Positions 51,792-62,435 of a stretch of DNA of 64,000 nucleotides are shown piece by piece. The stretch covers positions 500,610 through 564,609 of the forward strand of contig CAVYTM010000003.1 in the NCBI GenBank assembly GCA_963771555.1. The letters are read 5' to 3'. A program made the translations under genes and the position numbers. Within the stretch, counting starts at the first letter, position 1. The number at the start of each line of letters is the position of its first letter. The stretch comes from an uncultured Thermoplasmata archaeon. GTDB lineage: Archaea; Thermoplasmatota; Thermoplasmata; Lutacidiplasmatales; UBA184. The notes under the pieces were generated by a model that saw nothing but the letters and a program-made list of their open reading frames with translations, searched no databases and had not been told where the DNA came from.

Positions 51792-52448
51792 CTACGTCGC
51801 GGTGGTCGAAACGGAAGGCGAGAACCGAGGGAGACGGGCGAGGTGAATCCCGGCGACGAACCCCCAGAGGAGGATGGGGGCCACGATCAATCGCTCGATC
51901 AGGCCGGGGTCAAACGTCGTGTTGTACTGTTGAGTCGGAGCGTAGTAGAGCAGCGAGGTGAGGGTGATCGCTCCGAGCAGCCCGGTGAAGCTGCGGTAGC
52001 TCCACCACGGCGTTCCTTCACGCATACCCACCGCGAGGATGACCAACGCGAGCCCGCCCGGGAGGAACACAATCAGGGAAACGAAGTCATGAACCGACGG
52101 GTTCACGTTTTCCGGGAAGAAACCCACGAGAACGGCCGCCACACTAGCGATCAGTAGCAGGAACAAGCCTACGACCCGGGTCCCACCGCGCGGGAACCCG
52201 CCCCAGGCGAGCAGGGTGCCGACGAGGGCGAAGACCCCGAGGATCATGATGGAGACGTTGAAGACCGCGGGGAGCGGCGAGGTGGCGGTGTTCCCGAGAT
52301 CGCTGATGTAGTTCGTCAACAGCGAGTAGCCGCCGTACTTGCTCTGGACCCAAGCCATCGCGACAACGAATTGGACGACCCCCAGCCCGATCAGGACCCC
52401 GCCCCAGCGTACCGAGCGGCCCACGAGCACCGGTACCGCGCCTCCCAT
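51792..52448 (-). CDS. DUF998 membrane protein
   Basis: NYISDLG, VG.FPE, H..VS, G..ERL. Confidence 0.82.
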   Translation of the reverse strand: MGGAVPVLVGRSVRWGGVLIGLGVVQFVVAMAWVQSKYGGYSLLTNYISDLGNTATSPLPAVFNVSIMILGVFALVGTLLAWGGFPRGGTRVVGLFLLLIASVAAVLVGFFPENVNPSVHDFVSLIVFLPGGLALVILAVGMREGTPWWSYRSFTGLLGAITLTSLLYYAPTQQYNTTFDPGLIERLIVAPILLWGFVAGIHLARLPRFSPSVSTTAT

Positions 52449-52650
52449 CCTGACCCCTCCTTCGGCCCCGAGCGGTTTCGTGGACCGAGAGGAGAGCGCG
52501 GGGCCAACTATGAAAACCCCCCGCTCGAGCCGCTTCCCCGCCGCCTATATGCGGAGCCGAACCGTGCACCGGAGTGTGACCGGCCGGACGCCGGACTTCT
52601 TGCGACTTGCCCGAGGTCCGGCGGGGTTCCACCACAAGGTTCGTTGGGTT

Positions 52651-55348
52651 ATGGTGATGGCATTCGCCATCGCTCTCCTCGCCCTGGTCCCTCCGCTTTC
52701 GTCCGCGCGTACTGGCCCGGGCGACACGGCAGGCGCCAACGGAACCGGTTCCGTTCCGGTCCACGCTCCGACGGCGGCGCCCTGCTCGCGGGACACGACC
52801 TGTGCGGCGGGCCCGCTCGTCCGGAGCGATCTCTCGAGGATGACCTCGGCAGGGTTTCTGGCGAACCGGACGATGGGGTGGTCGGAGGTCACCTCCCCGC
52901 CGCCGACCCTCGGCGTCGGCTCCGGGATGATCGCCGACACCTCCACCGGGACGGCCCTATTGTTCGGTGGGGAGAGTTCGGGTCGTCTGGTCAACACGAC
53001 GTTCGCCTACACAGAGGCGACCGACGGCTGGACGACGATCCCTACGACGAACGCCCCCGGGCCACGAAGCGACTTCGCGCTCGCGTTCGACCCGATCGAC
53101 AGTACGGGGATCCTGTTCGGAGGACTCACGAATCTCACGTCCCTCGCGGTCTCGAACGAGACGTGGAGCTACGACGTGACCACCGCACAATGGACCTCCC
53201 AGACCCTCGGCCCGGCACCTCCCGCTCGGGAGGCCGCGGCGTTCGCGATCTCACCCTCTCTCGGCGTCGCGTTCCTGTATGGAGGGTGGAACCGAAACTA
53301 CACGGGAACGGAATCGATCACGTACTCCGACCTCTGGGAGCTCAACCTCACGACCTTCGCCTGGACCGAAGTGACGGTGCCCGGGCTCCGGCCCTCGCCG
53401 CTCGAGGACGCCGCGATGCTCTGGGACCCCACGACCGCGCGTTTGGAGATGTTCGGTGGTTGCTATCCCTGCACCTCGGCGGTCTGGCAATTCAACCCGA
53501 CGGCCCTGAGCTGGACTGACCTGGGTACGCCTTCCGGCGGTCCCGCCGCCCGCGCTGGCGCGAGCTGGGCGTACGACCCCACGGACCAGGAGGACCTTCT
53601 CTTCGGCGGCGCGAACGGGGGGGTCTCGTACAACGATACGTACGTCTTCGACGCGGTCTCCGACACATGGGTCGCCCAGACCCTGGCTCCGCGGCCGGCG
53701 GCCCGTGCCGACGCGGCGTCCGGGTTCCTCGACGTTCCCGGCAACGAGACCTGGCTTCTCGAGGGTGGTGTCGCGGGGTCGGTGACCTACTCGGACCTTT
53801 GGCGGCTATCGGCCACTGCGAACGTATCGGTCCAGGTGCTGAACGCGACCTCGTTGCGCCCGCTTGCCGGAGCCAAAGTGAATCTGAGCGGTCGGACGGC
53901 GGGGTTCACGAACGTCTCGGGCAACCTCACCCTCACCCAAGTCAACGCAGTGAACCAGCCCTTCGACGTCTCCGAGTTCCGCTTCTTTACCCGGAACGCG
54001 ACGATCTGGCTCGCGCCCGGTCGAACGACGAACCTAACGGTCGACCTCACGACGGAACCGCCCGGAAGCGTCTTCGTTACCGTCTTCCAACCGTCGGGAA
54101 CCCCGTTCGTGAACGCCTCGGTCAACCTGACCGTGAACGGAACCCGGATCAACCTCGTCCCTGCCCTCACCAACGGTACGGGGAACGCCAGCTTCTTCGG
54201 GGTGCCGCCCGGTCGCGTCAACGTCACGGTCTCCGCCCCGTTCGAGAGGCCTAACTACCAAGCGGGCGTGCTCGTCGCGTCCGGATATTTCAACGCCACG
54301 ATCGGTTCTGGTTCCCGACCCGGTCATTTCCGTGACGGTGCTCGGCCGCTTCCCGGGGGCCCCCCCCGTCCCCCTAGACCTCGCCTACGTTCTTCTCGGT
54401 GGGAACCAGATCGGGTTCACCGATTCTCTGGGGGAACTGAGCGTCGCCACGCCCGATTATGGTCTTACCGACATCGTAGCCGAGGCGACGGGGTATCTTC
54501 CCGCGTCTACGCTCGTCGACTTCCCGTGGACTGGGTCGGTCGAGACCACGCTCACCTTGGATTCGTTGCCGTTCGGAACGATCGCGGTGAGCGTCGTCAC
54601 GCTCGGCACGGACCATGCGATCCCGGACGCGTACGTGACTGCGTCCTCCATCTTTCCCCTCCCGGCCGGACCGTACGGCACGAGCAACTTCACGAACCAG
54701 TTCGGCACGACGATCATGGCGCTCCCTCAGGGGAGTTACTCGGTGTCGGCGTCGGCCGAGGGGTACCTCCCTTCGAACGCGACCTCGGTCTTCGTCCTGG
54801 CCGCCTCGCTCAGCTCGGTCACCTTCAGCCTCGAGCCGATCCCACCCGCGACCGTTCACGTCTTCGTGCGCAGCAACGAGACGGGGAGACCGATCCCGGC
54901 AGCGAACGTCTCCTTCGGTAACGGCGTGAACGGTGAAACGAACGCCTCGGGCGAGTTCAACGCGACGTTGCCTCCCGCGACGTACATCGTCTTGGTCATC
55001 GCCACCGGATACCTGCCGAACTCGACCACGGTAACGCTCGTCTCGCACGACAATCGAACGGTCGTCGTCAATCTGACGCTGTTGCCGCTCGTGGTGACCC
55101 TGAGTGGCTGGCCGTTTGCCCTCTTCCCGTCCGGTCTCGGCGACCTCTGGCCGTTCTTGGCCCTCCCCGCCCTTCTCGTGGTCGGAGCGTTCGTCTACGT
55201 CTCCGTGCTGCGGACGCGCGTCGAGAAGGAACCGGTCGAGCCGCCGAAGGTCTCCGGTCCACCCACCGACGGATCCGAAACCCCGACCGACCTTACGTCG
55301 GGGCCGGCACCCCCGGAACTCTCTCGCACGTCCCCGCCGAGCGGGTAA
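52651..55348 (+). CDS. Large secreted/surface glycoprotein: Kelch beta-propeller + carboxypeptidase-regulatory-like repeats + C-terminal TM; +1 frameshift at 54304-54305
   Basis: Repeated LFGG..W.Y/F Kelch motifs, repeats with P..GA.V, T...G and A.GY, many N-x-S/T sequons; removing one G joins the two ORFs (NATIVLVPDPVISVTV). Confidence 0.75.
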
Positions 55349-55357
55349 CGGTCAGAA

Positions 55358-56287
55358 TCAACCCTCGAGCCCGCCGAGAGGGGTGAGCCTCCGGGCGAGC
55401 ACGAGCGCGACCGCGACCAGGGCACCAACCGAGGCCAGCACGAGGACGAGAAGCGCGTAGCTCGGGGCCGCCACCGCGAGAGCGACGAAGCCGACGATCA
55501 GAGCAGCAGTGACGAGGAGCGACCCCAAGCCCGGCGCCAGAACGGAGCTCGGGGAGAGCGGCAGGGTGCGGGATTCCAGCACGTCGCGCTGCCCAGGGCG
55601 AAGCCCCACGATTTCCACCGCGGTCGGAGCTCGCGCGCGGGAGTGTGGGCCGGGGAGCCAGCTCCACGGCAGCGGTTCTTCGAGGGCGGTGCGGGGAGAG
55701 ATCCCAGAAAGCATCACTCCGAGAAGGGCGACGCCGCCGAGGGCCGCGTAGGTCACGTCGAGGGTGGCCTCGAGCGGGATCCCGCTCGGGATCACCCCCC
55801 CGAGAAGGGCTGCGAGGCCCTGAATCTGTAGGAGGAGCACGTTCCCGAACGCCTCGAAGAACGGCCAACCTCCCGAGCCCGAGGTCCCGGAGGCCCCGCT
55901 GGCGAGGCAAATGAGCCCGAGCACGAACGTCGACTGGAGCGCGACGACCCGCGCGGCCGGGGTCGACGCGTCGCGCCAAGCGTACTCGAGCCAGAGGAAG
56001 GGGGAGCCGATCACGACGCCGGCCGCCAGGTCGAGCCACCCTCCCCCGCCCGGGCCTAGCTCGAACGTGAGCGCGAGGAGGACGAGCAACACGAGGACGA
56101 GCCGGCCGAGCCAGACCCATACCGGGAAGCGTATCAGACCGAGTCCCGTGACCGTGCCAAAACCGACCGTGAGCAGGAACCCGACCGCGAGGCCTAGCCC
56201 GCCCCCCGCGAAGTGAGCGAGGACGAGCAGGCCGGCGTAGAGCGGCGCGGGATAGAGCAACGCGGCGATCCACAGACGGTCGCTCAC
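55358..56287 (-). CDS. Hypothetical multi-TM protein (last gene of the MoxR operon)
   Basis: About eight hydrophobic helices; GTG overlaps the DUF58 stop. Confidence 0.65.
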   Translation of the reverse strand: MSDRLWIAALLYPAPLYAGLLVLAHFAGGGLGLAVGFLLTVGFGTVTGLGLIRFPVWVWLGRLVLVLLVLLALTFELGPGGGGWLDLAAGVVIGSPFLWLEYAWRDASTPAARVVALQSTFVLGLICLASGASGTSGSGGWPFFEAFGNVLLLQIQGLAALLGGVIPSGIPLEATLDVTYAALGGVALLGVMLSGISPRTALEEPLPWSWLPGPHSRARAPTAVEIVGLRPGQRDVLESRTLPLSPSSVLAPGLGSLLVTAALIVGFVALAVAAPSYALLVLVLASVGALVAVALVLARRLTPLGGLEG

Positions 56288-57609
56288 GGCGGTCCTCCCG
56301 AGTGCAACCAGGCCTGGACATCCAGTGCGGTATCGCGGACGTTCGTGGCCGAATAGCGGACCACCGAAACCCCTGCACTGCGCAGGCGCTGGACCGCCAG
56401 CTCCACCTGGCGCCGAACAGGTTCGAGGGCGAAGCCCATCGTCTGCGCCGCGAGGGGGTCCGGCTCCGGAGGGAAGAAGGAATCCACGTCCGGACAGAGC
56501 ACCACCAGCCGATGTCCCCGGGTCCGGGTCCCGGCGACCGCCTCCTCGACCGGCCCCGAGAGCGAAAGGAGCGTGGAGAACAGGACGATCGAGGTGGGGC
56601 CGGTGAGCCGCTCCGAGGCCGCGACGAGCGCGCCGGGGAAGTCGAAGGGAGCGGGGGAGAGGCCGACGCGGGCGAAGGCCTGGGTAAGGGGCTCCGTCCC
56701 GGCGGGCCCTCGCTGGGGAGGGACGTACTGGAGCACGCGGTCCGCGAAGACGAGCAGCGAGACTCGGTCCGCCCTTCCGACCGCCTGGCCAGCGATCACG
56801 GTGCCTCCTTCCACGGCCTGCTCGAGGCTCTCTTTGCCCGGAACGCCGAGACGCATGTCCCGGCTCGTGTCGAGCAGGACCATCAGGTCGGGATGCACCT
56901 CTTCCTCGTGTTCGCGCACGTAGGTCTTGTCGAGCCCCGACCTCCGCCAGGCGATCTTGCGGGCATCGTCGGACGGCTGGTACTCCCGCAGCGAGTGGAA
57001 CTCGCTGCCCGGCCCGGTCCGTTGACGGTACGCCTCGCTCGCTCCCCGGACACCGCTCGTGGGGATCGCGTCGGCCTCCTCGACCGAGAGCGCCGGGGTC
57101 ACCAGCACTTCCCAACGGTTCTCCAGTTTCGCCATCCGGAAGGCGAGCCCGAAGGGGTCGTGCGCGACGACGATCGTAGGCCCCACCCGGAACCGGCCGC
57201 GCTCTCGGGGACGATACGCGTAGGCAAGACGGATCGGGCCGGACGAAGGCCACCAGGTCAGTAGCCGTGGCGACCCCCCCGTCACTTCGAACGATTCGGG
57301 CTGCGGGTCGAAGACCTCGGCGTAGACCTCGTGACGACCGGTCATCTCGAGGTCGAGAGCCATCGACCCGACCCCGTCGATCCGGACCTCCGAACTGTTC
57401 TCGAAGCGCTGCCAGCGGAACCATTCGGGACCGAACTCGAGGGTCGCCCGGTCGAACGCGAGCAGCTCCGTCGTGACGAATCCGAGCACGGCGACGGGAA
57501 CGAGGAGGGTGAGGAAGTTGAGGGTCACGAGAGCGATCATGAGCGTCCCCATCCCGCCCACTACCGCCGACCACCCGAGGGGGCTCAGCACGACGCGGGA
57601 GCTCGCCAT
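56284..57609 (-). CDS. DUF58 (vWA-like) protein
   Basis: G.EF.SLREY.P.DD.R.IAW, LLDTS..M. Confidence 0.88.
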   Translation of the reverse strand: MASSRVVLSPLGWSAVVGGMGTLMIALVTLNFLTLLVPVAVLGFVTTELLAFDRATLEFGPEWFRWQRFENSSEVRIDGVGSMALDLEMTGRHEVYAEVFDPQPESFEVTGGSPRLLTWWPSSGPIRLAYAYRPRERGRFRVGPTIVVAHDPFGLAFRMAKLENRWEVLVTPALSVEEADAIPTSGVRGASEAYRQRTGPGSEFHSLREYQPSDDARKIAWRRSGLDKTYVREHEEEVHPDLMVLLDTSRDMRLGVPGKESLEQAVEGGTVIAGQAVGRADRVSLLVFADRVLQYVPPQRGPAGTEPLTQAFARVGLSPAPFDFPGALVAASERLTGPTSIVLFSTLLSLSGPVEEAVAGTRTRGHRLVVLCPDVDSFFPPEPDPLAAQTMGFALEPVRRQVELAVQRLRSAGVSVVRYSATNVRDTALDVQAWLHSGGPP

Positions 57610-57618
57610 GGGGTCCCG

Positions 57619-58695
57619 TCAGCGTGGGGCCGGGACCTGGTGCAGCGCGTCGGCGAGGATCCCGCGGACGACCTCGGAGCTTCCGCGCGGGTCCCCGGGC
57701 AGGAACCGCCGCCCCCGGAACTCGGGCCGAACGATCACGCGGTGGTTGAGGATGGGAAAGAGCAGTTCCTGGACGTCGTCCGGGACGACGTACGCCCGGC
57801 CCGCGAGGAACGCCGCGGCACGGGCGGCGCGCATGAACTGGACGGCCGCGCGGGGCGACCCTCCCGCCTCGAGGCGCTTGTCTAAACGGGTCGCCCCGAC
57901 CAGCGCGGTGACGTACCGGATGAGGTCCTCGTCGACGGTCACCGTTCGGATCGACCGTCGCAATCGGTCGACTTCGCCCGCGGACAGTACCTCCGACGTC
58001 GGCGGGACCGCGCCCGGGTCGAGCTGGGAGCGCACGATGGTCGCCTCCTCCTCCGGGCTCGGATACGTCATGATCCAGCGGAAGAGGAACCGATCGAGCT
58101 CCGCCTCGGGCATCGGATACGTTCCTTCCTGCTCGAGCGGGTTCTCCGTGGCGATCACGAGGAACGGTCGGGGCAGGGGGTAGGTATGCCGGTCGACCGT
58201 CACCTGCTGCTCCTGCATCGCCTCGAGGAGCGCCGACTGGACCTTCGGAGGAGCTCGGTTGATCTCGTCTGCCAGCACGACGTTCGCGAACACTGGCCCG
58301 GGCCGGTAGACGAACGAACGGTCCTTTGGGTCCATGACCAGACCGCCGATGATGTCGGACGGGAGCATGTCGGGGGTGAACTGGATCCGCTGGAACGAAA
58401 GGCCGAGGGACCGCGCGAATGTTCTCGCGAGGTACGTCTTCGCGATCCCCGGGACGCCTTCGACCAGGACGTGTCCCTCGACGGCAAGCGCGATCGTGAG
58501 CGCCCGGACGACCGTCCCCGCCCCGATCACTTCGCGCGCTACGGCGTCTTGGAGGCGGCCTAGAAGTTCCCGAGCATCGTTCGGCGAGAGGTCGCCCACG
58601 ACCTCGGACGGGGCCGTGACGATGTTCGGGGTCGCGCTCGTCGGTCCTGCTCCCACCAGCAACGAGTCGTCCGTGGGTCGGTCCGCCGGGGTCAC
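57619..58695 (-). CDS. moxR: MoxR family AAA+ ATPase
   Basis: EGVPGIAKT, RIQFTPD.LPSDI.G, DEINRA.PK.QSALLE.M.E, TENP.E.EGTY; start moved to GTG at 58695. Confidence 0.92.
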   Translation of the reverse strand: MTPADRPTDDSLLVGAGPTSATPNIVTAPSEVVGDLSPNDARELLGRLQDAVAREVIGAGTVVRALTIALAVEGHVLVEGVPGIAKTYLARTFARSLGLSFQRIQFTPDMLPSDIIGGLVMDPKDRSFVYRPGPVFANVVLADEINRAPPKVQSALLEAMQEQQVTVDRHTYPLPRPFLVIATENPLEQEGTYPMPEAELDRFLFRWIMTYPSPEEEATIVRSQLDPGAVPPTSEVLSAGEVDRLRRSIRTVTVDEDLIRYVTALVGATRLDKRLEAGGSPRAAVQFMRAARAAAFLAGRAYVVPDDVQELLFPILNHRVIVRPEFRGRRFLPGDPRGSSEVVRGILADALHQVPAPR

Positions 58696-59195
58696 GAGGA
58701 GGCCTCCAGCGAGGCCCAGACCGACCGGATCTCGGAGAGCTCCTCTTCGAAACGCCGGCGGGCAGAGGCCCGCCAAGCCGGTCGCCTCCAGCGGGACCAT
58801 AGGTCCGTACGGCGAAGGTCTTCCGCCCGAGAAGCGACTTCGTAAACGAGACCCAGCCGTCGGATGGCCCGGCAGGCGGTCTCGATCGAAGCGTCCCGGG
58901 GCGGGTGGAACGGGCGACCGACCGTCGCGATGTCGTGCAACGTCAGTCCGTGGCGGAGCGTGAGCTCGCGGACGAGCCGGTCGCGCACGGTGACCACGGC
59001 GCTCGTCAGCTTCTCGTGCCTCAAGTCCTGGTCCAAGACCGCGAGCGGGTCGACTTGCCAACCCTGCCGCACAGCGTACCCGGTGAAGCGGGGCGGCAAG
59101 GCGGGTCGAGCCCAGGAGTCCCATCCAACGGCGGCGAGGAAGGCGATCACCGAGGGAACGGCGAGCAGGAGTGGGCCGGAGAGCTCGCCGCTCAC
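58692..59195 (-). CDS. Hypothetical membrane-anchored protein
   Basis: N-terminal TM helix; overlapping start/stop with neighbours. Confidence 0.65.
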   Translation of the reverse strand: MSGELSGPLLLAVPSVIAFLAAVGWDSWARPALPPRFTGYAVRQGWQVDPLAVLDQDLRHEKLTSAVVTVRDRLVRELTLRHGLTLHDIATVGRPFHPPRDASIETACRAIRRLGLVYEVASRAEDLRRTDLWSRWRRPAWRASARRRFEEELSEIRSVWASLEASS

Positions 59196-59728
59196 GGCGA
59201 CTCCGGCTTTCGGCGATGGGAAAATGGCCAGGCAGACTCGGGGTGCTTATCCACGAGGGTAGCGGGTCGGCTCGGCTGGAACAGCGGGTCGTCGATCCGC
59301 CCAAGGGCGGTCTCCGAGTAGAGCTTGACTAAGAGGGCATCGAAGGCCGTCCGGTCCTCTTCGGTCGGTTGCGTCACCGTCCCGAACCTCAGGGGCTCGT
59401 AGCGGTGATACAATGCGGGCAACAGTTCTATCAGCTTCCCCATGTCCGGGCGCAAGAACTCCGCAAGGAACTGACGGTCGGTGCTTGAGGGAGGGACGGT
59501 GAGGCCATACGCCCGGACGGTGCCATCGAACGCCATTCGGTACGCCGTGCGGACCGCCAAGGTGTAGTCTCCGCTCCCGAGGAGGTCGCGGACCTTCTGG
59601 AGAACCGGGCTGGATTCCGGCTTCGCCTCCGGTAACGGTCCGTCAACAGAGGAGTGGGTCCCGGGGTTGCCCGCGGCAACGGCGGGTGTTCTCGTACCGG
59701 TCGGGAGCGAACCACCGGCCGCGGTCAT
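59192..59728 (-). CDS. Hypothetical protein (possibly DUF4129-like)
   Basis: AV..AY, T.R.FL, L..LY...RFG helical pattern; first gene of the MoxR operon. Confidence 0.55.
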   Translation of the reverse strand: MTAAGGSLPTGTRTPAVAAGNPGTHSSVDGPLPEAKPESSPVLQKVRDLLGSGDYTLAVRTAYRMAFDGTVRAYGLTVPPSSTDRQFLAEFLRPDMGKLIELLPALYHRYEPLRFGTVTQPTEEDRTAFDALLVKLYSETALGRIDDPLFQPSRPATLVDKHPESAWPFSHRRKPESP

Positions 59729-59973
59729 CCCACTGGTTCTGGACGTCTCGACGCCCCCGATGGGAAGGTTGCGGGGTGAGATATGCCCTTCTCGACCGGC
59801 CCGCGTGCGCAGGTCGCGGGCACACGAGAACCCTTAACCCTCGCTTCAACCCCGGGGGGGCGGCTCGCCCTAATTGGAGAGCCTCGTGGGCACACGGCCG
59901 TGGAGGAGAGGTGGCGCTCCACAGAAACGACCTTAGCACTTACTGCCCTACGAGCCACGGAGGTGGGAATCGA

Positions 59974-60195
59974 ATGAAGGAATACAAGATTCTGAAAGAG
60001 ATCGAGAACGCGAGAATGGGACCGAACAATCACCGGCTCCTCGAGAACCAGATCAACGAACTCGCCCGGGAGGGATGGGTGGTCAGTTCGTTCGGAGTAA
60101 GCCATTCCACGACCGCCACGGGGCTGCTGGTCACGACGAACGCGTGGTTCTGTGCCCTGCTGGAACGGGAAACACAGAGCGGCCGTTCCCGATAG
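59974..60195 (+). CDS. DUF4177-like small protein
   Basis: MKEYK..., LE..IN.LA.EGW.V, ..LLERE; SD ggaggtgg upstream. Confidence 0.7.
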   Translation: MKEYKILKEIENARMGPNNHRLLENQINELAREGWVVSSFGVSHSTTATGLLVTTNAWFCALLERETQSGRSR

Positions 60196-60290
60196 GAAGC
60201 CGGACCCGCGGGGTTAGCTCACGGAAAGCCTGGAAGGCGCGACTTGCGGGATCATCCAGCGGCCACAGCGCCCCGGCCACGACATCCCGG

Positions 60291-60338
60291 AGGAATTGCG
60301 GGCCGAAGGAGGGCTTGAGCGAAAGTTTCACTCCCAAC
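60291..60338 (+). repeat. att-like site B
   Basis: ggccgaaggaggg is 11/13 to the tRNA-Cys 3' end; right arm is 24/25 to site A; left flank ggaggaattgc resembles ggaggaactcc next to tRNA-Cys. Confidence 0.85.
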
Positions 60339-60446
60339 CTCTCGAAAACCCAACGAGTGCTTTTCGAGGACCTGCCTGTTTCAAACCTTCTAAGGGAACG
60401 GTCCGGGTGGGGTGCGGCTTAATCTAACCGAGACCAGTTTCGGGTC

Positions 60447-62435
60447 GTGGCCTCTACTCGAAGACTCGCCGCCATCATGTTCACCGACATGGTGGGCTCC
60501 ACCGCCTCGGCTCAAGCGAATGAGTCGCAAGCCCTCAAGCTCCGGGACGAGCAGTCGGAGTTGGTTCGTCCCCTCTTCCCCACGCACCATGGACGCGAGA
60601 TCAAGTCGATGGGGGATGGGTTCCTCACCGAGTTTGACAGCGCGCTTCATGCGGTCCAGTGCGCGATCGATATCCAGCAACATCTTCACGAGCGGAATTC
60701 ACAACCTGGCGTGGTACCCATCCAGCTTCGCATTGGGATCCACTTGGGGGACGTCGAACAGCGTCAGACCGACATCTTTGGCGACTCAGTGAACATCGCC
60801 GCACGGATCGAACCGCTCTCTTCGCCGGGCGGAATCTGCATTTCCGGTGAGGTGTTCAGTCAGGTTCGAAACAAGATTCCGAATCCGTTCGAAAAGCTTC
60901 CGCCGGCGACCCTGAAGGGGTTGCAAGGGCCGATCGACATCTACCGTGTTCTGCTACCATGGACCGTTCGCGAGCAGCCCTCCCGCGGCAACGGACCGAT
61001 CCGTCTCGCCGTGCTGCCCTTCACTAACATGAGCACGGACCCAGCCGATCTCTACTTCGCCGACGGCCTGACAGAGGAGCTGATCACCGTCCTATCTCAG
61101 CTCCGGGAACTTCGGGTCATCGCCCGCACGTCGGTGATGCCGTACAAGTCGAGCTCCAAAGGGGTGTCCCAGATAGGGGAAGAGCTCCGTGTTTCGTCGA
61201 TCCTCGAAGGAAGCGTCCGAAAGGCGGGAAACCGGCTTCGGGTGACCGCACAGTTGATCGACGTCGAGTCCGAGGACCACGTCTGGGCCAAATCGTATGA
61301 CCGACAGATCGACGATGTCTTCGCAGTCCAGGCGGAACTCGCCAAAGAGGTGGCGGATGCGTTGAAGATCGAACTACGACCGACCGAAACGGCGCGCCTG
61401 GAAGCCAGGCCCTCCGTGCGACCCGAATCTTATCTTGCGTATCTCAAGGGACGATCCGCCCTTCAATCCGTATGGAACGAAGAGGTCTTTCGGGGAGCGA
61501 AGCACCAATTCGAGCTCGCGCTATCCATCGATCCCGAGAACGCACGGGCTCATTCCGGGTTGGCGGATGCTACTATCCAACTCTGGTGGCACTACCGCGG
61601 TCGATCGGAGGGCGAGCGGGACCCGGCCATTCGAGAACATATCGAGCGTGCGCTGGAGGTGGACCCTGACCTGGCGGAGGCTCACTGCTCGCTCGCCCTC
61701 ATTCTGTGGGACGATTCGGACCACCGGCGGGCGGTTGAGGAGCTCCAGCTGGCCTTGTCCCTGAATCCGAGTTACGCGTACGCTCATTGGAGTTACGGGC
61801 ACCTTTTGTGGGTGTTTGACCGAGCCGAGGATGCCCTCGTAGAGTTCGAGCTCGCAGAGGAGCTCGACCCGAAATCGATGCAATTTCTGGTTTCGAGCGT
61901 AATGTTGCTGATTCAGCTTCGAAGACTCGATACGGCGAAGACCAAGTTGGAGAGACTCAGAGAGTTGGACCGAGACGGACCCACCCACCAAAGTTACCTC
62001 ACTTCCTATCAGTACGCTCGGTCGGACTTTGAGGGGGCTTTGCGGACCGCCGACCGATGGGACGAGCTCAATCCCGGAGCGTCCTGGCTTCGTCGCGTCC
62101 TAATCTACTCGGCGACGGGGAGGATCGAGGAGGCTCGGAAAGTGATCAAGCAACAGGAATCGAAGGCGGAAAAGCCGAGTCTCGAGGAGCTCGCCCGGTC
62201 GCATGCATTCGTTGGCGATCTCGATAGTTGCTTTCAGTACATGGACAGCGCACTCGAGGGCCACCAGCTGTCCATCCAATCCTGGCGTACCGATCCGGCG
62301 CTCGGACCGGTTCGCGCGGATCCCCGGTTCGGCCAGATCCTGAAGAAGTTGAACCTTGCCTATCCCTTGGCAACTGGGTCCCTTCGGGTCAGAGATCGCA
62401 CCCTTTGCTTGGAGCCCGCGCGCGGGCCCATGTAG
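60447..62435 (+). CDS. Class III adenylate/guanylate cyclase with TolB-like and TPR domains
   Basis: FTDMVGST, KSMGDGF, RIGIH.GDV, FGD.VN.AAR.E; LAVLPF.N, FADGLTEELI; TPR repeats. Confidence 0.9.
   Translation: MASTRRLAAIMFTDMVGSTASAQANESQALKLRDEQSELVRPLFPTHHGREIKSMGDGFLTEFDSALHAVQCAIDIQQHLHERNSQPGVVPIQLRIGIHLGDVEQRQTDIFGDSVNIAARIEPLSSPGGICISGEVFSQVRNKIPNPFEKLPPATLKGLQGPIDIYRVLLPWTVREQPSRGNGPIRLAVLPFTNMSTDPADLYFADGLTEELITVLSQLRELRVIARTSVMPYKSSSKGVSQIGEELRVSSILEGSVRKAGNRLRVTAQLIDVESEDHVWAKSYDRQIDDVFAVQAELAKEVADALKIELRPTETARLEARPSVRPESYLAYLKGRSALQSVWNEEVFRGAKHQFELALSIDPENARAHSGLADATIQLWWHYRGRSEGERDPAIREHIERALEVDPDLAEAHCSLALILWDDSDHRRAVEELQLALSLNPSYAYAHWSYGHLLWVFDRAEDALVEFELAEELDPKSMQFLVSSVMLLIQLRRLDTAKTKLERLRELDRDGPTHQSYLTSYQYARSDFEGALRTADRWDELNPGASWLRRVLIYSATGRIEEARKVIKQQESKAEKPSLEELARSHAFVGDLDSCFQYMDSALEGHQLSIQSWRTDPALGPVRADPRFGQILKKLNLAYPLATGSLRVRDRTLCLEPARGPM

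Noticed and set aside
59881-59910. Possible fifth, outermost att-like site (gcctcgtgggcacacggccgtggagg)
   Set aside because: Only 18/26 ungapped identity to site A2 and no right arm; too weak in high-GC DNA without a profile search.
59951-59974. Reverse T-loop-like string gagccacggaggtgggaatcgaa
   Set aside because: It overlaps the Shine-Dalgarno and start of the DUF4177-like gene and does not match the local tRNA acceptor.
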